Shown: in pieces, positions 55,640 through 64,000 of the stretch | How positions within the stretch are numbered: the stretch's first letter is position 1 | How the letters are laid out: each line of letters begins with the position of its first letter | Origin: Chloroflexota bacterium | Lineage (GTDB): Bacteria; Chloroflexota; UBA11872; VXNJ01 | NCBI GenBank assembly: GCA_965261345.1 | Contig: OZ253449.1 | Location: 1,184,001-1,248,000 of the forward strand | Reading direction: 5' to 3' | Length of the DNA stretch: 64,000 nucleotides | Made by a program: the position numbers and the translations under genes | Notes under the pieces: model-generated | Seen by the model: only the letters and a program-made list of their open reading frames with translations | What the model was told of the DNA's origin: nothing | The model's database searches: none

Positions 55640-56773
55640 CTATCGGCCGGAGTACTTGCTAAAGAAGAAGATGATCGAACTGAGCAGGGCGCAGGCGCCG
55701 AAAAGCAGGCCCATCAACGGGTATCCGCCGATCGTGAGCGCCGCCCCACCCAATGCCGATCCCAGCATTATTCCGGACGAAAAACTCACCTGCAGCAATC
55801 CGGTGATCGCGCCACGGTGCTCGGGTGCCAGGTCGAGCACGGTGGCGTTAAGCGAAGTCGAGCGCAGCCCCAATCCAAACGACCAGATCGCCGACATCGC
55901 GATCGCGAAAAGCGGTTCCAGCGGTAGGTTGAGCAGCACAATCACCGGAATGAAAAAGATCAGTCCGGCGGCGACCAGCGAATGGAGTCGAAGGTGGACC
56001 GGGATGCGCCCTGAGATCCAGGTTGAAATCATGGCCATGGCGGGCCCAACCGTGAGTACCAACCCCACCTGATCCGCCGATAGCCCGTAGGAATAAGCCA
56101 CGAAGGCGCCGAAGAATACCTCGATGCCGTAGCCGCCGATTACGAAGACCACGTTGGCCGAGAGCAGCGTGGTAACCGTTCGATCGGCAAAAAGGCGGCG
56201 GTAGGCCGAGGCCATTGCGGAAAGCAGCGCCAGCAGCGATCCGGCGCGGGTCGGCAAACGCGGCAATATGATCCAGCCCATAAGCAGGGCGGCGGCCGAT
56301 ATCAATGTCCCTGCTCCGTAGGCGGCCGGCCAACCGAAGGACCCCGCCAGGAACCCCGAAATCAATGGACCGGCCAGAAACGCGGATCGCGAAATGACCA
56401 GCAGCCACGAAATAAAGCGGTCGCGCGCGCGGCCATCGTAAAGGTCGGCCACGGTGGAAAAAATCTGCGGAAATACGATCCCGTTCCCTACGCCCAGGAA
56501 AACCGCGGCCAGGAAGAGGACCCACAGATCGGGGATGATCCAAACCGCCGCCGCGGCCGCCATCCGCATCGCGATTGCGATCAGGATCACCGGGCGCCGC
56601 CCCAGGTTGTCAGCCAGCGGCGAAACGACCAGCGCGGCCGCCACCGAGAGGATCGTCTCGACGGTCAAGGTCTGGGCAATTAAGGCAACCGGGACGCCCA
56701 GATCCGAGGCGATAAATTGCGGCAGCGGTCCGTAAAGTCGCCTGGCAACCACCATCGCAAACATCACGTACAT
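55640..56773 (-). CDS. MFS transporter
   Basis: LADNLGRRPV motif A; 11-12 TM helices; N-terminus may extend upstream. Confidence 0.87.
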   Translation of the reverse strand: MYVMFAMVVARRLYGPLPQFIASDLGVPVALIAQTLTVETILSVAAALVVSPLADNLGRRPVILIAIAMRMAAAAAVWIIPDLWVLFLAAVFLGVGNGIVFPQIFSTVADLYDGRARDRFISWLLVISRSAFLAGPLISGFLAGSFGWPAAYGAGTLISAAALLMGWIILPRLPTRAGSLLALLSAMASAYRRLFADRTVTTLLSANVVFVIGGYGIEVFFGAFVAYSYGLSADQVGLVLTVGPAMAMISTWISGRIPVHLRLHSLVAAGLIFFIPVIVLLNLPLEPLFAIAMSAIWSFGLGLRSTSLNATVLDLAPEHRGAITGLLQVSFSSGIMLGSALGGAALTIGGYPLMGLLFGACALLSSIIFFFSKYSGR

Positions 56774-56964
56774 GAACCCCGGCGCAAAAAATGGGTTCAG
56801 CCGGTGTTTGGGTCCCGTGGCAACCGGCTCAGAAGCGGTTTCGATGGCTCGGGTGTTTCCGCATTGGTAGGGCCGCCAAGATTATCCAGACCACTGGGCC
56901 AGCTATGTCAGCCAAAGCAATAACATTGGGCTGATTGCCCCTGCCTGGGCGGGAATGGAGCCCC

Positions 56965-58241
56965 ATGATCGAAGCTGCGACCGCCGATTTGACGCTGGCC
57001 CAAGCCGACCCCGCCATTGCCGCGGCGCTACTGAGTGAGCAGCATCGCCAGGTCGAAGGGCTGGAGCTGATCGCCTCGGAGAATTACGCTTCGCAGGCGG
57101 TGATCGAAGCGGTGGGCTCGGTGTTTACCAACAAGTACGCTGAGGGTTATCCCGGTCGCCGCTACTACGGCGGCTGCGAAAACGTCGATATCGTGGAAAC
57201 GCTGGCCTGCGAACGCGCGCTGGAGCTATTTGGCGGCGACCACGTCAATGTGCAGCCCAGTTCCGGTTCGGCCCCCAACATGGCCGTCTACATGGCGATG
57301 CTAGAGCCGGGCGACACCCTGATGGGCCTCTCGCTGGCCCACGGCGGGCACCTCACCCACGGCCACCCGCTCAATTTTTCGGGCGGCCTCTACAACGTCG
57401 TCTCCTACGGGGTTGACCCCGAGACCGAACGGATCGACTATTCCGAGGTTGAGGCGCTGGCCCGCCGGCACCGCCCGAAACTGATCGTCTCGGGCTCATC
57501 GGCCTACCCGCGCACGATCGACTTTGCCAGGTTCGCCGAAATCGCCGACCAGGTCGGGGCCCTGCACATGTGTGATATGGCCCACATCGCCGGGTTGGTA
57601 GCCGGGCACGTACACCCCAACCCGGTCGAACACTCCGATTTCGTAACCAGCTCGACCCACAAGTCGCTGCGCGGTCCGCGCGGCGGGCTGCTGATCTGCC
57701 GCCAGCAGTATGCCAAGCAGATCGACCGCATGGTCTTCCCGGGCATCCAGGGCGGGCCGTTCATGAACGTGATCGCGGCCAAGGCGGTCGCGTTGCGCGA
57801 GGCCCTCAGCCCGGAGTTCTCCAGCTACGCGCGGGCGGTGGTGGAGAACGCCAAAGTCTTGGCCAAATCGCTCACCGATGCCGGTCTGCGGGTGGTTTCG
57901 GGCGGCACCGACAACCACATCGTCCTGCTCGATCTGGGCGCCGACGGACCGTCGGGCAAGAAGATGCAGCGGGTGCTCGAACTTGCCGCGATCACAACCA
58001 ACAAGAACACCGTCCCGCGCGAGACCCGCAAACCCTACCTGGCCTCGGGTATCCGGCTGGGCACCCCGGCGCTGACCACCCGCGGGATGGGGCGGCGCAG
58101 ATGCGCCAGATCGGGACCTGGATCGCCCGGATTGCCCGGGCCGACGACGAATCGGAGATCGCCGCGGTGCGCGAGCAGGTCCTGGAACTGGCGACCGGCT
58201 ATCCGGTCCCGGCAATCGCCTGGCCGCAAGACTCCCGGTAA
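56965..58241 (+). CDS. glyA: Serine hydroxymethyltransferase, with 1-nt frameshift at about 58089-58092
   Basis: [59 protein letters not shown]. Canonical C-terminus continues in another frame to TAA 58239-58241. Confidence 0.93.
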
Positions 58242-58271
58242 CCCCGACGCAGGCGCAGCGGGCGGGGATCG

Positions 58272-59159
58272 GTGCATGAGGCGGCCGCGATCGCGGCCGC
58301 GTTCTGCTGGAGTTGTGGTTTCGTAATCGCCCGCCCGTTGCTGGGACAGCTGAGCGTGTTCCGGCTCAATATCCTGCGTCTCTCCGGGCCGGCGATCCTG
58401 TTTCCGCTGCTGCTGCTCTCGCTCGGACTCGGCCACTTGCTTGGCGAATTGGAGCTGCACAACATCGCCGCGCTGGCGTTCACCGCGGTGGCCGGCATCG
58501 GGCTGGTCGATCTGGGCATGATTCACGCGATGCGCCTGGTCGGGGTTTCGCGGGCCTATACGATGTCCAACCTGTCCACCCTCTTCGCGCTGCTGTGGGC
58601 CTACCTGCTGCTGGGCGAATCAATCAACTCGGCGGTCATCTGGGCCGCGCTGCTGATGGCCACCGGGGTCGGCCTAACGACTCTGCGCGGGGGAAGCGGC
58701 CAGGGGGAGGCCAGCTATGGTTCGCGCCAGTTCTGGCTGGGAATATCGCTGGCCGCCGGAGTTGCCTGCATCTGGGGCCTAGACATCATTTTTCTGCGCA
58801 TCGGGGTGGGTGACGCCCATCCGCTGGCGGCCAACGCGGTCCGCCTGCCGATGGCCCTACTGGTGGCCACGACGGCCATGTTGATCCGCGCACCCGCCGG
58901 CCAAAAACTCAACCTACCCACCATCCCGCAGGCCGGGCGCGGCCTTTTGGGCGGGCTCGTTGGCATCGGCATCGGGGGGATCCTGTTCCTCTACGCGCTG
59001 CAGGGCATCGGGGCGGCACGGGCCGGGGTGCTGGCGGCGCTTTCGCCAATCTTCGGTATGGTGCTGGCGGCCATTTTTCTGCATGAGCGCCCCAACCGCC
59101 GACAGATGTTGGGAGTGCTGCTGGCGGTTGGCGGGGTATATCTGATCTCAAACTCTTAG
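58272..59159 (+). CDS. DMT/EamA-family transporter
   Basis: Two EamA repeats (LLGE, FLHERP), about 10 TM helices. Confidence 0.87.
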   Translation: MHEAAAIAAAFCWSCGFVIARPLLGQLSVFRLNILRLSGPAILFPLLLLSLGLGHLLGELELHNIAALAFTAVAGIGLVDLGMIHAMRLVGVSRAYTMSNLSTLFALLWAYLLLGESINSAVIWAALLMATGVGLTTLRGGSGQGEASYGSRQFWLGISLAAGVACIWGLDIIFLRIGVGDAHPLAANAVRLPMALLVATTAMLIRAPAGQKLNLPTIPQAGRGLLGGLVGIGIGGILFLYALQGIGAARAGVLAALSPIFGMVLAAIFLHERPNRRQMLGVLLAVGGVYLISNS

Positions 59160-61618
59160 GGAATCTTGGCCAGCTCGATGACCGCGGGGCCGGGCACCCC
59201 CAGATCGTCGGCGGCCCGGGCAAAATGACCAACTACCTGGTCGTGGCAGGTAAAGCAGAGCAGTTGATTGCCGGCGCTGAGCCGGGTGAGGGCGCGGGCC
59301 GCTCGGGCCGCCCGCACTGAATCGAAGTTGACCAGGATTTCGTCGACCGCCACCGGAAGCGGCTGGGCGCGCCGCGAGAGCTCCTCGATTAGGCCGAAAC
59401 GCAGTGCCAGGAACAGCTGTTCGCGGGTGCCGCGGCTCAGCTGGGCCGGTTCGCGGCGGGATCCGCGGTCGTTAACTACCGCGATCGTTTCCGATCCCAG
59501 CGGCGCCACCACCTGCGGGTAGCGTCCGTCGGTCAGGTCGGCAAATACCGCCTGGGCGGCGCGGATGATGCCCGGTTGGCGCTCCTGCTCGTATCGCGCT
59601 CGGGCCTGCGCCAACAGGCGTTCGGCCAGGGTGAGAACGACCCATTCGCGCGCCGCGTCCTGGAACTGCGAGTCCAGCAGCGACCTCTCCTGGACCAGTC
59701 GATCGGACTCGTTCTCGCCAGCCAGCTGCTCCAATTCGGCCGCGCGCACCCGCCGGTCGACCGCATTTTCGGCCAGCTCGTCGGCTATGGCTTGCGCTGC
59801 GGCCGCAGCGCAAGCCAATTCACGCTCGATTTCGGCCGGACCGGTCGCTTCCAGGCTCGCCAGCAGCCGATCCAGGTCCTGATCCGGGCCGACCCGACGC
59901 TGCAGTCGCTGCTTTAACCGGCGGCGGCGCTCGGTTAGGGTCTGGTGCTGGTCACGGTTGCGGGACCGCTTCGTCCGGGACCGGTCGGCCAGGTCGATTA
60001 GCTCGTCGGCTACCCGCGCCAGGTCCCGATGATCCTCGCGATCGTGGGGAATGGCGAACCGTTCGGCCAGGCTGCTAACCTGGTCGGAAAATTCGGCGAT
60101 GTCGCGCTCGATCGCCTGGATGCGCCGGCGCCAGCTGTCCACATTGGCAAGTTCGGTCCGGGCGCGTTCGGCCAATGCTCGCAGCTGCCTGGCCGCCCGC
60201 GGCGATACCGACGCATCCAGCCCGTTGGCCTGGCTCCACGCGTGTCCGGCGGCAATCGCTGAGCGGTGGGTGGCCGCGGCCTGGTCGACCCGCTGGCGCA
60301 GCCGGCCCAATGCGCGCTGGCGCGCGCTCCGACGGACTATCCAGGTTGCGGCCAGCGCCAGCAGCAACGATCCGGCCAGGCCGGCCGCCGGTCCAGGCGA
60401 GATCGCTCCCAAATTGAGCGCGATCGAAATAAAAACCGCCGCCCCCAGAAGGCCGCTGGCCAGGGCAATGCTGGCCGCAACCGGCCAGCGGCGCACCCGC
60501 GGTTCGGCGATCGTTTCCTTAGTAGATCCGGCAAGCTGGCGGTAGATTGCCCGCCGGGTGGCCAGCTCGGCGCCGGCGCGCTCGATACGATCTGCCAGGC
60601 CGGCGGCCTGGCCCAACTGGTCGGGGTTGATCGCAAAGCGGGCGACCCGATCCGGGTCCCACTCCGGTCCCAGCTCGGCCAGCGCCCGGTCGCAGGCGCC
60701 CTTGTGGGCGGCCAGCTCGCTTTGGCGTTGCGGCAGGTCGCGAATCGACCCGTCAAAAGCCGAGCGCTGCCGCTGCAGCGCTCGGATCGCCAAGTCATGG
60801 GAATCTGGCGGTTCGCCTAAAAGCGCGTCGTTTGATTCCAGCCGTGTGAGCTCCTCCCCGGTGTGGCGAAGGTTGACAAAGTCCTCCCAGGCCTGGTCCA
60901 GGTTTTGCCAGCGCCGCTGCCGGGCCACCAGATCCTTGGCCCGCGCATCCAACCCGGATCGCGCCTGATCAAGCCCCCTTAATTCGCCGGTAAGCTGACC
61001 GAAGCGGCGAGCCTGATTGGCCGATTTCTGCAGGTCCTGATCCAGGGTGTCAAGCTGGCTGCGGAGCCGCACCAGGCGATGGCTGCGGCCGCGCCGCGAG
61101 TAGATGTCCTTTTTCTGTTTGTCCAGTGTGGTCAGGGCGGTGGGCAGATTGCGCTCGCCCACCCCGGCGCTGTAGATCTGGCGGTTTACGCTCTCATCCT
61201 TGAGCAGGTCGTCGCTGTGCAACTCATCGAGGGTGAACGCAAAGAGGTTGCTAAACACCGTTTCGCCCTGGCCGCCCAGGGCTTGGACCAGGCGCTCTTG
61301 CCCAACGATCTGGCCCGCGCCGTCGGTTATCCGGACCGGACCGAGACCTGGGCCGGCAAAACGCTCCACCACCAGCTTTTGACCCTGCTCGTCCAAGATT
61401 GCAACCCGTCCGCCGTGGCGTCCACCTTGCAGGGCCGGGTAGTGGCGGTCCTTGCGGGTCCGGGGAAAACCGAACAGAACCGCCCGGATAAATTCCAGGA
61501 CGGTGCTCTTGCCGGCCTCATTGGGACCGAAAAAGACCGTAACCGGGCGCTCCAGCGGCCCGACGGCCGCATCGTGGAAACGGCCGAAACCATCGATGCG
61601 GAACGATTCAATGCGCAT
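59156..61618 (-). CDS. yhaN: YhaN-like SMC/Rad50-type ATPase (AAA_27)
   Basis: GFGRF, GPNEAGKST, coiled coil with central TM hairpin, LSRGTREQLFLALR, VDEILVNFD, FTCH. Confidence 0.88.
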   Translation of the reverse strand: MRIESFRIDGFGRFHDAAVGPLERPVTVFFGPNEAGKSTVLEFIRAVLFGFPRTRKDRHYPALQGGRHGGRVAILDEQGQKLVVERFAGPGLGPVRITDGAGQIVGQERLVQALGGQGETVFSNLFAFTLDELHSDDLLKDESVNRQIYSAGVGERNLPTALTTLDKQKKDIYSRRGRSHRLVRLRSQLDTLDQDLQKSANQARRFGQLTGELRGLDQARSGLDARAKDLVARQRRWQNLDQAWEDFVNLRHTGEELTRLESNDALLGEPPDSHDLAIRALQRQRSAFDGSIRDLPQRQSELAAHKGACDRALAELGPEWDPDRVARFAINPDQLGQAAGLADRIERAGAELATRRAIYRQLAGSTKETIAEPRVRRWPVAASIALASGLLGAAVFISIALNLGAISPGPAAGLAGSLLLALAATWIVRRSARQRALGRLRQRVDQAAATHRSAIAAGHAWSQANGLDASVSPRAARQLRALAERARTELANVDSWRRRIQAIERDIAEFSDQVSSLAERFAIPHDREDHRDLARVADELIDLADRSRTKRSRNRDQHQTLTERRRRLKQRLQRRVGPDQDLDRLLASLEATGPAEIERELACAAAAAQAIADELAENAVDRRVRAAELEQLAGENESDRLVQERSLLDSQFQDAAREWVVLTLAERLLAQARARYEQERQPGIIRAAQAVFADLTDGRYPQVVAPLGSETIAVVNDRGSRREPAQLSRGTREQLFLALRFGLIEELSRRAQPLPVAVDEILVNFDSVRAARAARALTRLSAGNQLLCFTCHDQVVGHFARAADDLGVPGPAVIELAKIP

Positions 61619-61624
61619 CCTGTC

Positions 61625-62872
61625 CTACTCCTCGAGCAGGTCCAGGGCCCGGATCTCGGCCTCGACCAGCAATGCCGCCAACTCGCCGCGTTCGGGCCCG
61701 GGGGCAAGCTGGCGGCGATAGGAATCGTTGCCGTAGAGTTCGCCCAATGCCTCCTCCAAACCGGGCAGCTCCTCCGGGCACCGGGCGTACTGCTCTGACA
61801 GTTCCAACAGATCGGCGACCAGATCGTTTCCCTGGCGGCGGGCCGGTCGGTCGAACGGCGGGCGGCTCTTGACCACGATGCGATCGCACCATATCGGGGC
61901 GGGGCCTTGCAGCTGCGAGTTGAGGTCGTCGCGCAGGTCGCCGATCAAACTGGGGTGGGAGAGCTCGCGATGCAGGTCGCCGCTGCCTTCCAGTTCGATC
62001 CGGCAGATCATGGGCCGGCCCTGGAGTGGCTCGATCATGGCCCGCAGGCGGGCGAGCAGCTCGCGGCTTAGATCGGCCGGGCCGACGAGGCCGGCGATGT
62101 CGACCGGCAGCGATTCGAAGCGGACGCAGTCGGTGGCCCGAAATTGGGCATTTACCCCGCCCAGTTGGTCGAGCTCTACCAGATAGACGCCCTTGGCCCC
62201 GGTCTGACTCCAGCGCAGGCCCTGCGGGCATCCCGGATAGACCACCCAGGGATCGCGCGCAAGCACCTGGCGGAGGTGGACATGCCCAAGCGCCCAATAG
62301 GCGACCCCGCGACCGCGGAAGTCACCCAGTAGACACGGGGCGAATCCGGCCTCGCCGGCCTCGCTGCCAACCCAGCAGTGAATAAGCCCGATGGCCAACT
62401 GCCCGGGCGGAACCGGCGGAACCAGGCGGACCAGATTGTCCGGACAGGCGGCGTGCTGGTAGGAGGCCCCGTAGACCCAGACCCGATTTGGATCGGCGGG
62501 CAGCAGCGGGGCCATCTCCAGCTTGGGGCCGAAGCGGTGGCAACCCGGCGGGAACTCCAAACCGGCGTCCCAGCCGTCGAGCGGATCATGATTTCCGCAG
62601 ATAACCAGCGACCGGATGCCGGCGCCCTCAAGCTTTTGCAGGCCGGCAACAAACCGCCGCTGGGCGCGCAGGCTGCGACTGGCATCATCGTAGGCGTCGC
62701 CGGCGACCAGGACTGCGTCGACCCGCTCGGCTATCGCCAGTTGGACGATGTTGTCCCAGGCGCCAAAAGGGGCCTCGACCAGCGCCGCCGCCAGCTCGGC
62801 CGGCAAACGCGATGAGAGGCCGCTAAACGGGGCCTGCAGATGCAGATCGGCGGCGTGGATGAAGCGGATCAT
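61625..62872 (-). CDS. yhaO: YhaO-like Mre11/SbcD metallophosphoesterase nuclease
   Basis: HAADLHL, AGD.YD, GNHD, YWALGHVH, YPG.PQG. Confidence 0.9.
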   Translation of the reverse strand: MIRFIHAADLHLQAPFSGLSSRLPAELAAALVEAPFGAWDNIVQLAIAERVDAVLVAGDAYDDASRSLRAQRRFVAGLQKLEGAGIRSLVICGNHDPLDGWDAGLEFPPGCHRFGPKLEMAPLLPADPNRVWVYGASYQHAACPDNLVRLVPPVPPGQLAIGLIHCWVGSEAGEAGFAPCLLGDFRGRGVAYWALGHVHLRQVLARDPWVVYPGCPQGLRWSQTGAKGVYLVELDQLGGVNAQFRATDCVRFESLPVDIAGLVGPADLSRELLARLRAMIEPLQGRPMICRIELEGSGDLHRELSHPSLIGDLRDDLNSQLQGPAPIWCDRIVVKSRPPFDRPARRQGNDLVADLLELSEQYARCPEELPGLEEALGELYGNDSYRRQLAPGPERGELAALLVEAEIRALDLLEE

Positions 62873-62939
62873 CGCGTGCCGGCCGACCCGGTGCGCGGAC
62901 CGGGGGCGCGCCGGAGCGATCGCTGCCTGCCGACCGTAA

Positions 62940-63890
62940 TTACTCTGGCACCGGCGCGCCCTGGCGCCAGGCCTCCACGTCGTCTAGGAAATTGGGCGGG
63001 ACCTGCGACTCGAGCGCGGTGATAAACCCCTCCGGCAGCGGCGGCAAAGCCGCAACTGCCGCCGACCTGACCTCTGCTGGAGCGATAGCCCCGGCGCAGG
63101 TAACGTCGACCAGGTCCGACGAGGTCGAGAAGGCCACCGCGGCCTGGGCCAGCGGAATGCCGAAGCGTTCGCACACTGCCGCCGCCGCCAGCGCCCGCGC
63201 CCGCGAGGCGGCGGGAGCCCGCTGGTAGGCGTGGGTGACTGCGGGCGACGAAGGATCGGCAAGCAGGCCGCTGCCAAACGGGGCGGCATTGACGATCCCC
63301 AGGCCCAGCTGGCGGGCACGCTCAAACAAGCCTGCCGCCGCACGATCTAGCAGGGTGTAGCGGTTATGGCTCAGGAAGCAGTCGAACTGCCCGGTTTCCA
63401 GGTAGCGGGCGATCAGCTCGACCGGCCCGCCGGAGACCCCGATGCAGTCGACCAGACCCTGGTCGCGAAACTCGGCCAGCGCCCGGAAGGCACCATTCAT
63501 TACATCGTCGAATTGGGCCAGTTCGACATCGTGGATCAACGCGATCGAAACCCGTTCCACCCCCAGCCGTTCCAGGCTCACCGGCAGGCAGGCCCGGGCC
63601 TGCTCGTAGGAATAGTCAAATTCCGGTGGGCGGTGGCCGATCTTGGTCTCCAGCACCAGGTCGTTTGGGACCTGGTCGGCCAGCTGGGCCAGAGCGATTC
63701 CGATCCGCTCCTCGGAATCGCCGTACAACGGGGCGGTGTCGATGAAATTTATCCCCTGGGCAAAGACCTCGGCCACAACTTCGACCGCTTGGTCGATGCC
63801 GCTGGTTCCGCGCCCGCGGGCGAGCCGCCCGCCGCCCAGGGCCAGCGGGGTGACCATGAGGGCGGTATTGCCAAACGGGCGACGCTGCAT
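62940..63890 (-). CDS. Aldo/keto reductase (D-threo-aldose dehydrogenase-like)
   Basis: FIDTAPLYGDSE, TKIG, SLERLG, IHD, HNRYTLLD. Confidence 0.88.
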   Translation of the reverse strand: MQRRPFGNTALMVTPLALGGGRLARGRGTSGIDQAVEVVAEVFAQGINFIDTAPLYGDSEERIGIALAQLADQVPNDLVLETKIGHRPPEFDYSYEQARACLPVSLERLGVERVSIALIHDVELAQFDDVMNGAFRALAEFRDQGLVDCIGVSGGPVELIARYLETGQFDCFLSHNRYTLLDRAAAGLFERARQLGLGIVNAAPFGSGLLADPSSPAVTHAYQRAPAASRARALAAAAVCERFGIPLAQAAVAFSTSSDLVDVTCAGAIAPAEVRSAAVAALPPLPEGFITALESQVPPNFLDDVEAWRQGAPVPE

Positions 63891-64000
63891 CTTGGTTGCT
63901 TCTACTTTGTGAGCCTGGCCGGCCGGCGTCGGATCATTCGGGGATGTCTTGCTCGTCGGTGATGATCTTGCCGATTTGCCGCATCTGCTTGACCAGCGAG

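Noticed and set aside
56870-56955. ZTP (pfl) riboswitch upstream of glyA, suggested by gcccctgcctgggc and actgg
   Set aside because: The P1/P2 scaffold and ACUGGCG pseudoknot partner do not fit by eye. An Infernal search with the Rfam pfl model would be decisive.
63891-64000. 3' end of a minus-strand gene at the window edge
   Set aside because: Too short; frame and stop are ambiguous and no motif is recognisable.
1-64000. Numerous long antisense and alternative-frame ORFs in the track (e.g. 13633-14988, 20539-21831, 28070-29182, 33554-34627)
   Set aside because: Shadow ORFs expected from high GC codon bias; they overlap well-supported genes and lack family motifs.

Overview
High-GC bacterial chromosomal segment, densely coded (about 55 CDS) and mostly core metabolism. 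It is most consistent with Chloroflexota (inference from the LGFP-like surface modules, short ThrRS and futalosine-type UbiD/UbiA/UbiX). A sponge-symbiont-type LRR surface protein suggests host association. The window contains dnaA and a candidate replication origin, tRNA-Arg(CCG), and one intact IS1182-family element inserted at the thrS stop codon. It also holds a threonine gene cluster, late menaquinone genes, an orphan NuoE/NuoF pair, nucleotide-sugar genes, a trkA pair, glyA with a 1-nt frameshift and a YhaO/YhaN pair. Four observations stand out. (1) DnaA has a rewritten DNA-reading signature (RSHSTVLN instead of RDHTTVLH). Beside it is an origin with box / GC spacer / trio / AT-rich architecture whose boxes read ATCGACA/GTCGACA rather than TTATCCACA, suggesting a co-evolved non-canonical initiator-origin pair. 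(2) A degenerate zincin-like protein is translationally coupled to a dCTP deaminase. (3) Several genes apparently start at ATT/GTA/ATC, on a background of very frequent TTG/GTG starts. (4) A ~200-aa surface module is shared by two otherwise unrelated secreted proteins. All calls come from reading the sequence and recalled family motifs; no searches were run.
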